Shown here in pieces: positions 25,304 to 35,473 of a stretch of 64,000 bases of DNA. The notes beneath the pieces were generated by a model. That model saw only the letters and a program-made list of their open reading frames with translations, did no database searches and was not told the DNA's origin. This stretch comes from Acidobacteriota bacterium (lineage in GTDB: Bacteria; Acidobacteriota; Vicinamibacteria; Vicinamibacterales; 2-12-FULL-66-21). The stretch spans positions 15,702 to 79,701 of the forward strand of contig JANMWI010000097.1 of NCBI GenBank assembly GCA_031393955.1. The letters are read 5' to 3'. The position numbers and the translations under genes were made by a program. Position 1 is the stretch's first letter. The number at the start of each line of letters is the position of its first letter.

Positions 25304-26029
25304 GTGTCCGACAGGCAACCGGTGGATGAAGAGCGGGCCGCACGGGTGCCGGGCGGACCGGTTGCGCCGCTGAACGTCGTGCTGGTGGGATTGCCGGGCT
25401 CGGGCAAGGGGACGCAGGGGTCGCAGTTTGCGCGGCGGCATCGGATCCCGAAGATTTCAACCGGCGACATGCTGCGCGATGCGGTCGCGCGCGGCTCGGC
25501 GCTCGGGCGTGAAGTCGCATCCATCCTGGCCTCCGGCGGGCTCGTCTCCGACGCGCTGATCATCCGCGTCGTCGAGGCGCGGTTGGCGGAGGCGGATACC
25601 CGGCATGGCTTCGTCCTCGACGGCTTCCCGCGGACGCTGCCGCAGGCGGCGGCGCTCGACAGCCTGGTCGAAGGGCGAGGGCCGCTCGTGATCGTCTACC
25701 TCGACGTCAATCCGGAGGTCATCCTCCGGCGGATTCTTTCCCGGCGCATCTGCGAGAGCTGCGGCCAGCCCGACACCGGTGCGCCGACGACCGAATACTG
25801 CGCGTCGTGCGGCGGCGCATTCGTTACCAGAGCGGACGACCACGAAGATGTCGTCCGGCGCCGGGTGGCGGCGTATGCGGAGCATACCGCGCCGCTCATC
25901 GAGTGGTACCGCCAGCGTCCGACTTTCCGGGTGATTGACGGGGATCGGCCCCTCGCCGAGGTCGCTCAGGCCTTCGACGGTGTCGTCCTCGCCATCCCTC
26001 AGGGCCCCGATGGGGACACTCACCTTTAG
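25304..26029 (+). CDS. adk: Adenylate kinase (Zn-lid type)
   Basis: VVLVGLPGSGKGTQ P-loop, ISTGDMLR, GFVLDGFPRT, and a lid with CESCG...CASCGG. The start is uncertain (GTG 25304 or GTG 25346). The last 8 codons and the stop lie inside the 32-bp inverted repeat. Confidence 0.85.
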   Translation: MSDRQPVDEERAARVPGGPVAPLNVVLVGLPGSGKGTQGSQFARRHRIPKISTGDMLRDAVARGSALGREVASILASGGLVSDALIIRVVEARLAEADTRHGFVLDGFPRTLPQAAALDSLVEGRGPLVIVYLDVNPEVILRRILSRRICESCGQPDTGAPTTEYCASCGGAFVTRADDHEDVVRRRVAAYAEHTAPLIEWYRQRPTFRVIDGDRPLAEVAQAFDGVVLAIPQGPDGDTHL

Positions 26030-26036
26030 CGTAAGT
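26005..26036. repeat. Inverted repeat, left copy (32 bp perfect)
   Basis: CCCCGATGGGGACACTCACCTTTAGCGTAAGT. It is the exact reverse complement of 27189..27220. Confidence 0.95.
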
Positions 26037-26112
26037 TGTTGCATCTACTGGTCGATCGCGATTTGACCCCCTGATCGAAAATCAGGGACAGAATCGGCTG
26101 GCGGCTCGTCCT

Positions 26113-27123
26113 ATGACCATGCCCGACACCGTGCCGTTTTCCGTCCTCGACCTGTCGCCCATCGTTGAGGGGGGATCCGCGGCCGAGGCCCTGGCGCACT
26201 CGCTCGATCTGGCGCAGCACGCCGAGCGCTGGGGCTTCCATCGCTTCTGGCTGGCCGAGCATCACAACATGCCGGGCATCGCCAGCGCCGCCACCGCCGT
26301 CGTCATTGGCCACGTCGCCGCGGGGACCCGGACGATCCGCGTCGGCTCGGGCGGCGTGATGCTGCCGAATCATGCCCCGCTCGTCATTGCCGAGCAGTTC
26401 GGCACGCTCGAGTCGCTGTTCCCCGGCCGGATTGACCTCGGCATCGGCCGCGCGCCCGGGACCGACCCCGCGACCGCGCGAGCGCTGCGGCGCGATCCAT
26501 CCGGCACCGAGGACGGCTTCGTCCGCGACGTCCAGGAACTGCAGGCCTACCTCGCCCCCCTCCAGGCCGGTCAGACCATCCGCGCCATCCCAGGCATGGG
26601 ACTCGAGGTGCCGATCTGGCTCCTCGGGTCCAGTCTCTTCAGCGCGCAGCTGGCTGCCGCGCTGGGGATGCCGTTCGCGTTTGCCTCGCACTTCGCCCCG
26701 GACTATCTGATTCAGGCGCTCGACGTCTATCGGCGGCAGTTCAGGCCGTCGCCGCGCCTCGCCCGCCCGCATGTGATGGTGGGCGTCAGCACGGTGGCGG
26801 CGGACACCGACGCCGAGGCGCAGCGGCTCGCCACGTCGCTGCAGCAGCAGTGGGTCAGCCTCCGTCGCGGCACGCCCGGGCCCCTGCAGCCGCCGGTCGA
26901 TTCGATGGATGGACGCTGGACGGCGTTCGAGGAGGCCGGGGTCGATCATGCGCTGGCGTACGCGGCGATTGGGTCGCCGCAGACGGTGGCGGCACGACTG
27001 ACGGCGATCGTCGAGCTCACCCAGGCCGACGAAGTCATCCTGACCGCCCAGGTCTTCGACCACGCGGCACGGTTGAGGACGTTCGAAATCGTCGCGGATA
27101 TCCGCCGTGGAACCGCCGCCTGA
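26113..27123 (+). CDS. LLM-class (luciferase-like) flavin-dependent oxidoreductase
   Basis: FSVLDLSPI...[46 protein letters not shown]...[42 protein letters not shown] is the typical LLM/YhbW-like sequence. Confidence 0.85.
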   Translation: MTMPDTVPFSVLDLSPIVEGGSAAEALAHSLDLAQHAERWGFHRFWLAEHHNMPGIASAATAVVIGHVAAGTRTIRVGSGGVMLPNHAPLVIAEQFGTLESLFPGRIDLGIGRAPGTDPATARALRRDPSGTEDGFVRDVQELQAYLAPLQAGQTIRAIPGMGLEVPIWLLGSSLFSAQLAAALGMPFAFASHFAPDYLIQALDVYRRQFRPSPRLARPHVMVGVSTVAADTDAEAQRLATSLQQQWVSLRRGTPGPLQPPVDSMDGRWTAFEEAGVDHALAYAAIGSPQTVAARLTAIVELTQADEVILTAQVFDHAARLRTFEIVADIRRGTAA

Positions 27124-27188
27124 CCGGTTGACGGCCAGGCGGCGCGGCGATCGGGGGGTTCTTCGACAGTCGGCCTTTAGAGTCAACG

Positions 27189-27220
27189 ACTTACGCTAAA
27201 GGTGAGTGTCCCCATCGGGG
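27189..27220. repeat. Inverted repeat, right copy (32 bp perfect)
   Basis: ACTTACGCTAAAGGTGAGTGTCCCCATCGGGG. It ends immediately before the TAA stop (27221-27223) of the DUF1080 gene. Confidence 0.95.
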
Positions 27221-27853
27221 TTAGTCGAGCGGCTTGATCCGGATGTTCTTGTAGTACACCGTGGACCCGGGGTCATGCGCCTGGAGCGCGATCGTGCCGG
27301 GGCCGCCGATCGCCCGGCCGGCGCCTTCTCGTCCGCCGTTCCAGTCACCCGGCTGGCTCCAGTCGACCAACTGCTTGTCGTTCACCTTCACGGTGATGGT
27401 GTTGCCCTTGACGATGATGTGCTCGGTGAACCACTCGTCGTCTTTTGCCGGGGCTTCGGTGACGTCCTGGACGTGATACAGGCTGCCGGTCTTGACAGGG
27501 TCCTTCACGTAGGTGTTGTTGACCTGGATCTCGAAGCCCTTCTTCGGGAACCCGGCCTCCTGATATTCCGTCAGGACGTAGACGCCGCCGTTGGAATTGG
27601 CGCGCGCCATCACGTCGACCTTGAGCTCGAAGTTGCGGAACATGTGGTTCCGGAACTCGCCGTCGTAGTAGACGTGGCCGGCGGTGCCATTGGCGACGAT
27701 GGCGCCGTCCTTGACGCTCCAGGACGCCGGATTGACGACTTTCCAGCCGGTCAGATCCTTCCCGTTGAACAGGCTCGTCCAGCCCGGTTCGATGGCGCCG
27801 GACTGGAAGGTGAGGGCAAGCAGCAGCGGCGCGAGGCGCAAAAGGGTGCTCAT
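27221..27853 (-). CDS. Secreted DUF1080 (3-keto-disaccharide hydrolase-like) protein
   Basis: Signal peptide MSTLLRLAPLLLALTF. GWTSLFNGKDLTGWK...FRNFELKVDV...NSGVY...GFEIQV...ALQAHDPGSTVYYKNIRIKPL is the typical DUF1080 sequence. Confidence 0.85.
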   Translation of the reverse strand: MSTLLRLAPLLLALTFQSGAIEPGWTSLFNGKDLTGWKVVNPASWSVKDGAIVANGTAGHVYYDGEFRNHMFRNFELKVDVMARANSNGGVYVLTEYQEAGFPKKGFEIQVNNTYVKDPVKTGSLYHVQDVTEAPAKDDEWFTEHIIVKGNTITVKVNDKQLVDWSQPGDWNGGREGAGRAIGGPGTIALQAHDPGSTVYYKNIRIKPLD

Positions 27854-28030
27854 AATGCGCCGGAGTGTAGCAGACCTTCAACGCGGCGGCGGGGCTCTTT
27901 CGCCACGCCCGCGGACCGAAACGGTGTTTTTCGGCGCGGTTCCGGCCGGAATCCTGCGACTTTGGACTCGGGCCCGCCGGTGGCGGGCATGCTCGGCCGC
28001 AGGCCTTTCTTTTGCGTGTGACAGACCCTG

Positions 28031-30406
28031 ATGCGACTCCGCGTTCCGCGCCTCCAGTTCATCCATACGGCATTGGCCGGCCGCCCACGCCGCGTCACGG
28101 CGGTCGTCGCCGCGATGGCCATTCTGCTGTTCTTCACGGCGGGCTGGACGGTCTGGTTCAGCCACGACCTGACCGCGGGGCTCCCGGATCGCACGGCGCT
28201 GCGCGGCATCGGCGATATGGCGCAGTCGACCACCCTCCTCGATGCCGCCGACAGCCCGGTCTTCACCATCTACAAAGAGCAGCGCATCGACGTGCCGCTC
28301 GAGCGGATTTCTCCGAACCTGATCAAGGCGGTGATCTCGGTCGAGGACCAGCGCTTCTACGAGCATGGCGGCGTCGACGCCATCCGCGTGATCGCGGCGG
28401 CGGTCAAGAACCTCGAGACCGGCCGCCGCTCCGAGGGGGGCAGCACCATCACGCAGCAGCTCGCGCGGCAGAGCTTCCTGAACCGCGACAAGACCTACCG
28501 CCGCAAGCTCAAGGAAGTGATCCTCGCGGCGTACATCGAGAAGATGTACAGCAAGAACGAGATTCTCGAGCTGTATCTCAACAAGGTGTATCTCGGCGAC
28601 GGCCTCTACGGGTTCGAAGCGGCGGCCCGCGGATATTTCGGCAAGTCGGCCAAGGACCTGACGGTCGACGAGGCGGCGCTGCTCGCCGGGCTGATTCAAT
28701 CGCCGTCGAGCTATGCGCCGACCGTGAATCTCGACCGCGCGGTGGCGCGGCGAAGCGTCGTGCTGCAGACGATGGTCGGCTCCGGCGCCGTTGACCAGGC
28801 GACCGCGGATCGCGCGAAGCGCGCCCCGGTCCGGCTCAAGAACGCCCTCGAAATCAAGGAGACCTTCGGCCTTTACTTCAAGGAGCAGGTGCGGCGCGAA
28901 CTGGTCGAGCGCTTCGGCTGGCAGCGTGTCTACCGCGGCGGACTGCGGGTCTACACCACGCTTGACGCCGGCATGCAGCAGGCGGCGGAAAAGCTCGTCG
29001 AGAAGGCGCTCGTCGAGATCGAGGCCCGGCCGCGCTACCCGCACGTCGCCCGGGCGAAGCAGCCGGCGCAGAAAGAAGGCGAGCTCGCCACCTACCTGCA
29101 GGGGGCGCTGGTCGCGATCGACCCCGGCAGCGGCGAAGTCCGGGCGATGGTGGGCGGCCGCGACTTCGACGAGAGCCACTTCAACCGCGCGGTCCAGGCG
29201 AAACGGCAGGCGGGCTCCGCCTTCAAGCCGTTCGTCTACGCCGCCGCGCTCGAAGCGGGCTACTCGCCGGCGTCGGTCATCTCGAATCTCAACGATCCGA
29301 TCCCGACGCCTCAGGGGGGATGGATTCCCGAGGATGAACACTCGACCGCCAGTTCGATGACCGTCCGGACGGCGCTCCGGACGTCGAGCAACCGCGCTGC
29401 CGTGCAGATGCTCAACACCGTCGGGATCAAGAACGCGGTGTTCTACGCGCAGAAGCTCAACGTCGGTACACCGCCGAGCGTGCCGTCGCTGGCGCTCGGC
29501 GCGAGCGAAGTGACGCTGGTGTCGATGACCGCCGCCTACGGCGCCTTTGCGGACGGTGGGATCGTCCGGCAGCCGGTGCTCATCCGCAAGGTCGAGGACA
29601 GCGACGGCAAGGTCCTCTACACGGACGAAGGCACGTCGCACCGCGCCGTCAGCGAAGCCACCGCCTTCCTGATGTCGAGCATGCTCGCCGATGTCGTCAA
29701 CGCCGGCACCGCTTACCGCGCGCGCCAGGTCGGCTTCACGCTGCCGGCGGCCGGCAAGACCGGCACGACCAACGACTACGTCGATGCCTGGTTCATCGGC
29801 TACACGCCGCATCTCGTCACCGGCGTGTGGGTGGGCTTCGACCAGCCGGCGACGATCACCTCGAATGGCTATGCCGGCGACCTCGCCGTGCCGCTGTGGG
29901 CGAACTTCATGAAGGTCGCCACCAAGGGGGACAAGCCGGACTGGTTCGATCGGCCGTCGAACGTCATCGGCGTCAACGTCTGCCGCGTCTCCGGCAAGCT
30001 GCCGAACGACGGCTGCGCCAGCGTCGAGGTCGTCAACCGCGACGGCGGCACCGAGTCCCGCTCGATGATCTACACCGAGTACTTCGTCGGCGGCACCCAG
30101 CCGACGACGGTGTGCCCGCTGCATCCGGCGCCGTCGCTGATGGACCGGCTGGCGGGCCTGTTCGGCGGCGGCAAGCCGGAGGTCCCGCTGCCACCCGAGC
30201 AGGCCGGGCTGCCGCCGGGGCGTGCCGGCACGAGCGGGGTGTCGCCGCGGTCACCCGACTCCGGCCGACCGGCCACGGAGGTGCACGGCGGCACGGTCGA
30301 AGAGGCGCCCGCCAAAAAGCGGGGCTTCTGGTCCAAAGTCTTCGGACGGAAAGACAAGGACGAGGACAGGAAGAAAGACGACGAGAAGAACAATTCCGAC
30401 CGGTAG
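28031..30406 (+). CDS. mrcA: Class A penicillin-binding protein 1A (transglycosylase/transpeptidase)
   Basis: GT51 motifs SVEDQRFYEHGGVD, GGSTITQQLAR and RKLKE. Transpeptidase motifs SAFKP, SSN and KTGTT. N-terminal TM anchor and a low-complexity K/D-rich tail. Confidence 0.9.
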   Translation: MRLRVPRLQFIHTALAGRPRRVTAVVAAMAILLFFTAGWTVWFSHDLTAGLPDRTALRGIGDMAQSTTLLDAADSPVFTIYKEQRIDVPLERISPNLIKAVISVEDQRFYEHGGVDAIRVIAAAVKNLETGRRSEGGSTITQQLARQSFLNRDKTYRRKLKEVILAAYIEKMYSKNEILELYLNKVYLGDGLYGFEAAARGYFGKSAKDLTVDEAALLAGLIQSPSSYAPTVNLDRAVARRSVVLQTMVGSGAVDQATADRAKRAPVRLKNALEIKETFGLYFKEQVRRELVERFGWQRVYRGGLRVYTTLDAGMQQAAEKLVEKALVEIEARPRYPHVARAKQPAQKEGELATYLQGALVAIDPGSGEVRAMVGGRDFDESHFNRAVQAKRQAGSAFKPFVYAAALEAGYSPASVISNLNDPIPTPQGGWIPEDEHSTASSMTVRTALRTSSNRAAVQMLNTVGIKNAVFYAQKLNVGTPPSVPSLALGASEVTLVSMTAAYGAFADGGIVRQPVLIRKVEDSDGKVLYTDEGTSHRAVSEATAFLMSSMLADVVNAGTAYRARQVGFTLPAAGKTGTTNDYVDAWFIGYTPHLVTGVWVGFDQPATITSNGYAGDLAVPLWANFMKVATKGDKPDWFDRPSNVIGVNVCRVSGKLPNDGCASVEVVNRDGGTESRSMIYTEYFVGGTQPTTVCPLHPAPSLMDRLAGLFGGGKPEVPLPPEQAGLPPGRAGTSGVSPRSPDSGRPATEVHGGTVEEAPAKKRGFWSKVFGRKDKDEDRKKDDEKNNSDR

Positions 30407-30466
30407 CCGAACGGCAGAGCCGGTGCGGCTCAGCCGCGCGTGATAGGCTCTGGTCGATCGCCCCTC

Positions 30467-31477
30467 ATGCCTTTCACAGCGATAACGGGCCACCCTCACA
30501 TTCACGAACTCCTGGCTCGCGCCGCCTCCCGGGGGACGCTGCCGCCCAGTCTGATTTTCGCGGGACCGGAGGGGGTCGGGAAGCGCAAGACCGCGATCGC
30601 GCTCGCGCAGCTGTTGAACTGCCTCGCGCTGCCGCAGGACGGGACGCCCGCTGCCGATGCCTGCGGGGCCTGCGCCTCGTGCCGCCGGATCGAGCGCGGC
30701 GTGCACGCCGACGTCCTGGTCGTCGCGCCGGGCGAGACCGGCGCAATCAAGCTCGAACAGGTCCGTGAGGCGATCGACAGGACCGCTTACCGCCCGTTTG
30801 AAGGCCGCCGCCGCGTCGTCATCATCGACGATGCCGACGCGCTGGCCTCTCCGGCGCAGGACGCGCTGCTGAAGACGCTCGAGGAGCCGCCGCCGGCGTC
30901 GGTCTTCGTGCTGGTCACGGCGCGCCCCGACGTGCTGCTGCCGACGGTGCGTTCCCGCTGCCAGCGGCTGCGGTTCGGCCGGCTCTCGCCGGCGGAGGTC
31001 GCGGCGGTGTTGATCGCCGACCATGACTACAGCGAGGCGGACGCCTTCGCCGCGGCGTCGTTGTCGGATGGCAGCGTCGGCGCCGCCCTCGAGGGCAGCG
31101 CCGACGGCTTCGTCGATGCGCGCGACGCGGCGGTCGGGCTCCTCCAGACCGTGGCGGCGTCGAGCGACCCGCGGCGCCGCCTGCAGGGCGCCAAGGCGCT
31201 CGGCGGCACGGCCGGCGGCAGCAGCGAGCGCGAGGCGCTGGCGCGCCGGCTGCAGGCGCTGTCGTCGATCCTGCGTGATCTTGGAGTTCTGCTTTCCCGT
31301 GCGGACGACCGTGCGCTGGCCAATGCCGATCTCAGGACCGTCCTCGACGGGCTCTCGGGATCGTTCGATGGCGAGCGGACGATCCGTGCGTTTTCAGCGG
31401 TCGACCGGGCGCAGAACGCGCTCGAGCGCAATGCCAGTCCCAAAATCGTCGCGGACTGGCTCGCGTTTCAGATCTAG
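30467..31477 (+). CDS. holB: DNA polymerase III delta-prime subunit
   Basis: From ATG 30467 (MPFTAITGH...). LIFAGPEGVGKRKTAIALAQLLNC, CGACASCRRI, VVIIDDAD...AQDALLKTLEEPP, SRCQRLRF. Confidence 0.85.
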   Translation: MPFTAITGHPHIHELLARAASRGTLPPSLIFAGPEGVGKRKTAIALAQLLNCLALPQDGTPAADACGACASCRRIERGVHADVLVVAPGETGAIKLEQVREAIDRTAYRPFEGRRRVVIIDDADALASPAQDALLKTLEEPPPASVFVLVTARPDVLLPTVRSRCQRLRFGRLSPAEVAAVLIADHDYSEADAFAAASLSDGSVGAALEGSADGFVDARDAAVGLLQTVAASSDPRRRLQGAKALGGTAGGSSEREALARRLQALSSILRDLGVLLSRADDRALANADLRTVLDGLSGSFDGERTIRAFSAVDRAQNALERNASPKIVADWLAFQI

Positions 31478-31519
31478 CGGCGCCGCCGCCCGGGTCACCG
31501 CGATATTAGAGGCCGAGAG

Positions 31520-32359
31520 ATGAGTTCCGGGGCCGAGCGCCCGTTCGTCAGCGTCAAGTTCTCTCCGGTGGGGAGGACCCATTCCTTCCTGCTGCCGGAG
31601 CTGGCGCTCGATGACCCGGCGCCGGCGGCGCCGGACGGCGCGGCTTCGCGGCTGCTGCCCGGAGACGCGGTCGTCGTCAATACCGCCGAAGGACCGGCGC
31701 TCGCCACGGTCACGCGCCGGGTGCCGGCGCTCGACGCGCGGCGGACCCCGGCCGCCGACTCGGCCCTCCGCGTCGTGCGGCGCGCCAGCCACGACGACAT
31801 CGTCACGCGGTTGAAGCACCGGCAGCGCGAGCAGCAGGCGCAGCAGATCTGCCTGATGAAGATCCGCGAGCGCGGTCTGGGGATGAAGCTCGCCCGGGTC
31901 GAGCAGCTGTTCGACGGGTCGCGGTTGATTTTCTACTACACCGCTGAGGGGCGCGTCGACTTCCGCGAGCTGGTCCGCGATCTGGCGGCGCATTTCCGGA
32001 TCCGGATCGAGATGCGCCAGATCGGCGTGCGCGACGAGGCCAAGATGCTCGGCGGCTACGGGTCGTGCGGCCGGCCGCTGTGCTGCACGACCTTCCTGAC
32101 GACTTTTGAGCCGGTTTCGATCCGGATGGCCAAGCAGCAGAACCTCAGCCTGAACCCGTCGAAGCTGTCGGGAATGTGCGGACGGCTGAAGTGCTGCCTG
32201 CGCTACGAGCTGCCGAATGGCAAGGGAGTCACGCACGGCGGCTGCGCCGACGAAGGGGGCTGCGGGTCGTGCAGCAACCCGACCGGTCCGGGCGGCGCCA
32301 GCGCCGCCAGCGGCGGCTGCGGCTCATGCGCCTCGGGCAGCTGCGGGACATGCCGGTGA
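31520..32359 (+). CDS. PSP1 domain protein (YaaT/RicT-like)
   Basis: RLIFYYTAEGRVDFRELVRDLAAHFRIRIEMRQIGVRDEAKMLGGYGSCGRPLCCTTFL...MAKQQNLSLNPSKLSGMCGRLKCCLRYE. Classic post-holB position. Cys/Gly-rich tail. Confidence 0.85.
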   Translation: MSSGAERPFVSVKFSPVGRTHSFLLPELALDDPAPAAPDGAASRLLPGDAVVVNTAEGPALATVTRRVPALDARRTPAADSALRVVRRASHDDIVTRLKHRQREQQAQQICLMKIRERGLGMKLARVEQLFDGSRLIFYYTAEGRVDFRELVRDLAAHFRIRIEMRQIGVRDEAKMLGGYGSCGRPLCCTTFLTTFEPVSIRMAKQQNLSLNPSKLSGMCGRLKCCLRYELPNGKGVTHGGCADEGGCGSCSNPTGPGGASAASGGCGSCASGSCGTCR

Positions 32360-33270
32360 TTCCGCGGATTGGCGTGACGGTGGGGGATCCGGCCGGCATC
32401 GGCCCCGAGATCGCGCTCAAGGCTGCCGCTGATCCCCGGCTCGCCGGTGTCTGCGAGCTGGTCCTCTACGGGCCCCGCGGCGACGGGGAGATCGCGGCGT
32501 TCCGCCGCGGCGAGGTGTCGGCCGCCGCCGGCCAGGCCGCCTACGAGGCGGTGGTCGAGGCCGTCCGCGATGCCCAGGCCGGGCGGATCGACGCGATCGC
32601 GACGGCGCCAATCAACAAGGAAGCCTTTGCCGCCGCGGGCCTGCCGTGGCGCGGGCACACCGACCTGCTCGCCCATCTCACCGGTGCCGCACGCGTGGCG
32701 ATGATGTTTCACGCCGAGGCGCTGAAAGTGATTCTGGCGACGGTCCACATTCCGCTCGCCGCCGTGCCGGCGGCGTTGACGCGCGGCACCCTGGACGATG
32801 TCATCGATCTCGCGGCAACCGAGTTGCCGCGCTTCGGCATTCCGGCCCCGCGTCTGGCGCTGGCGGCCCTCAACCCGCACGCCGGAGAGCACGGGCTGAT
32901 GGGCAGCGAGGAGGAGGCGGTGCTCGGCCCGGCGGTGGCGGCGGCCCGGGCCCGCGGGGTGACGATCAGCGGTCCGCACCCGGCCGACACGGTGTTCGTC
33001 CGCGCCGTCCGCGGCGAGTTCGACGCCGTCATCGCCTGCTACCACGACCAGGGATTGATACCGGTCAAGCTGGTGGCGTTCGGCACGGCGGTGAACGTCA
33101 CCCTCGGCCTGCCGATCGTCAGGACCTCGGTCGACCACGGCACCGCGTTCGACATTGCCGGCCGCGGCACGGCCGATCCGTCGAGCCTGATCGCCGCGAT
33201 CCGGCTCGCCGCGCGATTGGCCGGCGGCGCGCCGTATGATGACGCCATTCCGGGAGCCGCACGAGCGTGA
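32350..33270 (+). CDS. pdxA: 4-hydroxythreonine-4-phosphate dehydrogenase
   Basis: From ATG 32350 (MPVIPRIGVTVGDPAGIGPEI...). ATAPINKEA, GHTDLLA, LNPHAGEHG, CYHDQGLIP, VRTSVDHGTAFD. It overlaps the PSP1 3' end by 10 nt. Confidence 0.88.
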   Translation: MPVIPRIGVTVGDPAGIGPEIALKAAADPRLAGVCELVLYGPRGDGEIAAFRRGEVSAAAGQAAYEAVVEAVRDAQAGRIDAIATAPINKEAFAAAGLPWRGHTDLLAHLTGAARVAMMFHAEALKVILATVHIPLAAVPAALTRGTLDDVIDLAATELPRFGIPAPRLALAALNPHAGEHGLMGSEEEAVLGPAVAAARARGVTISGPHPADTVFVRAVRGEFDAVIACYHDQGLIPVKLVAFGTAVNVTLGLPIVRTSVDHGTAFDIAGRGTADPSSLIAAIRLAARLAGGAPYDDAIPGAARA

Positions 33271-33740
33271 AGAGCGAACGCGAGCAGGCACAGAAGAGCA
33301 TTGCGGAGAACCGCAAGGCCTTCCACGATTACCACATCCTCGAGACCTACGAAGCGGGCCTGGCGCTGCTCGGCACCGAGGTGAAGGCGATCCGCGAGGG
33401 CAGCGTCAACCTCCGGGACAGCTACGCCTCGCTCGAGGATGGAGAGGTCTGGCTGTTCAACGTCCACATCAATCCCTACAGCCACCGCGGTTACGCCGAC
33501 CATGAACCGACGCGGCGGCGCAAGCTGCTGCTGCACCGCCAGGAGATCCGCAAGCTGATCGGCCGGACCGTCGAGCGCGGGCTGACGCTGGTGCCGACGC
33601 GGCTCTATTTCAAGAACGGCCACGTCAAGGTCTCGCTCGCGCTGGCGCGCGGCAAGCAGGCGCACGACAAGCGCGAAACGGTCAAGAAGCGCGATGCCGA
33701 CCGCGAGACCCGGGCCGCGGTCAAGGAGCGCGTCCGCTGA
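33267..33740 (+). CDS. smpB: SsrA-binding protein
   Basis: IAENRKAFHDYHILETYEAGLALLGTEVKAIREG...LFNVHINPY...HEPTRRRKLLLHRQEI..L.PTRLYFKNGHVKVSLALARGK. GTGA overlap with the pdxA stop. Confidence 0.92.
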   Translation: MKSEREQAQKSIAENRKAFHDYHILETYEAGLALLGTEVKAIREGSVNLRDSYASLEDGEVWLFNVHINPYSHRGYADHEPTRRRKLLLHRQEIRKLIGRTVERGLTLVPTRLYFKNGHVKVSLALARGKQAHDKRETVKKRDADRETRAAVKERVR

Positions 33741-33788
33741 CGGCGGCGTGGTAAATTTAGTCGTTTGGTCCCCGGAGGCAGGTCAGTC

Positions 33789-34343
33789 ATGAAAGCCAAT
33801 CGCACCGCCCTCACGATCGTCGTCCTCGTTGTCCTGGTTGTCGCGGGGGTGTGGCTGTTCCGGCGCGGCGGCGGCGGTCAGACGATCGATCTCGTCGCCC
33901 AGTTCGCCGCCGCCAAGAAGCAGCCGAACGCCGAAATCTTCACCGTCGGCGACGTCGAGCTGAAGGGGGAGAAGAAGCGCGCCATCGCGGTCGCGCCGAC
34001 AAGCGGCACCCGGCTCACCTGGAACGTCACGGTGCCGGAAGACGGCTGGCTGTGGGTGTCGGTCGGCCTCAAGCCGGAGGCGTGGGAAAAACCGGGCGAC
34101 GGCGTCAAGTTCCATGTCGGCGTCTCGGACGGCCGGGCCTACGAACAGCTGTTCACGCAGCACGTCGATCCCTACGGCAACCAATCGGATCGGCGCTGGA
34201 TCCCGGTCAAGATCGACCTGTCGGCCTACGCCGGCGAGCAGGTCGCGCTGATCTTCAACACCAACAGCAGCGAACCGGGCAAGGGCGACAACCAGGACAA
34301 CGACCTGGCGGTCTGGGGCGCACCGGAGATCGTGGTCCGATGA
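33789..34343 (+). CDS. Membrane-anchored hypothetical protein
   Basis: From ATG 33789 ([24 protein letters not shown], a single N-terminal TM helix). No recognisable family. Its stop overlaps the next start as ATGA. Confidence 0.6.
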   Translation: MKANRTALTIVVLVVLVVAGVWLFRRGGGGQTIDLVAQFAAAKKQPNAEIFTVGDVELKGEKKRAIAVAPTSGTRLTWNVTVPEDGWLWVSVGLKPEAWEKPGDGVKFHVGVSDGRAYEQLFTQHVDPYGNQSDRRWIPVKIDLSAYAGEQVALIFNTNSSEPGKGDNQDNDLAVWGAPEIVVR

Positions 34344-35473
34344 CCGGCGCCACCCGCGCCGCGGTTCCGCTCCTCGATCTCGAGGCGCAGTACCGCCCGC
34401 TGCGGGAGGAGATCCTGGCGGCCGTGACCCGGGTGTGCGACAGCCAGCGCTACATCATGGGGCCGGACGTCGAGGCGCTCGAGCACGAGCTGGCCGGGCA
34501 GCTCGAGGTCGAGCACGCGATCGCGGTGTCGTCGGGGACCGACGCGCTGCTGGCGGTGCTGATGGCGCTCGGCATCGGCGCCGGCGACGAGGTCATCACC
34601 AGCACCTACTCCTTCTTCGCCACCGCCGGCTGCATCGTCCGGGTCGGCGCGACTCCGGTGCTGGTCGATATCGATCCCGAGACCTGCAATCTCGACCCCG
34701 CGCTGGTGGAGGCGGCGGTGACGCCGCGGACTCGGGCGATCATGCCGGTGCACCTCTACGGACTGTGCGCGGAGATGGACCCGCTGCGGGCGACCGCCGC
34801 GCGCGCCGGCGCGGCGCTGATCGAGGATGCCTGCCAGGCGATCGGCGCGACTTATCACGGACGGCAGGCCGGTTCGATCGGGACGGCGGGATGTTTCTCC
34901 TTCTTCCCGAGCAAGAACCTGGGCGCGTTCGGCGACGCCGGGATGGTCACGACCGGCGACGCGGCGCTGGCGCGGGAAGTGCGCCTGCTGCGCAACCACG
35001 GCGCCGATCCGAAATACATCCATAGCCGGATTGGCGGCAACTTCCGGATGGATACGCTGCAGGCGGCGGTGCTGCGCGTCAAGCGCCCGCACCTCGACAC
35101 CTGGACCGCGCGTCGCCGGGAGAATGCGGCGCGTTACCAGTCGCTCTTCGCGGCGGCCGGCCTGGTTGGCCGCGTCGGTCTTCCGGTCGTCCCGACCGGA
35201 CGCCGCCACGTCTTCAACCAGTACGTCGTCCGGGTGCCCGAGCGCGACCGCGTGCGCGCGTATCTGACGGCGCACGGCATCGGCACCGAGATCTATTATC
35301 CGGTCCCGTTCCACCTCCAGGCCTGCTTCGCGGACCTCGGCCACACGCGCGGTGACTTTCCCCAGGCCGAAGCCGCCGCCGACGCCAGCCTCGCGCTGCC
35401 CATCTACGGAGAGCTGACCGCCGGTCAGCAGGAGGCGGTCGTGGCGGTGCTGCGCGACGCGCTCGCGGTGTGA
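34340..35473 (+). CDS. DegT/DnrJ/EryC1/StrS family sugar aminotransferase
   Basis: [17 protein letters not shown]..., [20 protein letters not shown], and [18 protein letters not shown] (the PLP Lys region). Translated from the internal ATG of track ORF 33851..35473. Confidence 0.88.
   Translation: MTGATRAAVPLLDLEAQYRPLREEILAAVTRVCDSQRYIMGPDVEALEHELAGQLEVEHAIAVSSGTDALLAVLMALGIGAGDEVITSTYSFFATAGCIVRVGATPVLVDIDPETCNLDPALVEAAVTPRTRAIMPVHLYGLCAEMDPLRATAARAGAALIEDACQAIGATYHGRQAGSIGTAGCFSFFPSKNLGAFGDAGMVTTGDAALAREVRLLRNHGADPKYIHSRIGGNFRMDTLQAAVLRVKRPHLDTWTARRRENAARYQSLFAAAGLVGRVGLPVVPTGRRHVFNQYVVRVPERDRVRAYLTAHGIGTEIYYPVPFHLQACFADLGHTRGDFPQAEAAADASLALPIYGELTAGQQEAVVAVLRDALAV

Noticed and set aside
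26069-26087. Hairpin CCCTGAT-CGAAA-ATCAGGG downstream of adk as a terminator
   Set aside because: No U-run follows it. It may be structural or regulatory, but the evidence is too thin to call a terminator.
27878-30124. 748-aa antisense ORF opposite PBP1A. Similar cases are 39298..41133, 47552..49807, 51589..53448, 59287..60693 and 62303..63676.
   Set aside because: Each lies antisense or out of frame to a gene with strong family motifs. All show the RRRG/DRR-type composition typical of non-coding frames in high-GC DNA.
33741-33788. Looked for tmRNA (ssrA) next to smpB
   Set aside because: Only 48 nt separate smpB from the next gene. I saw no tRNA-like or tag-reading-frame structure here or elsewhere in the window.
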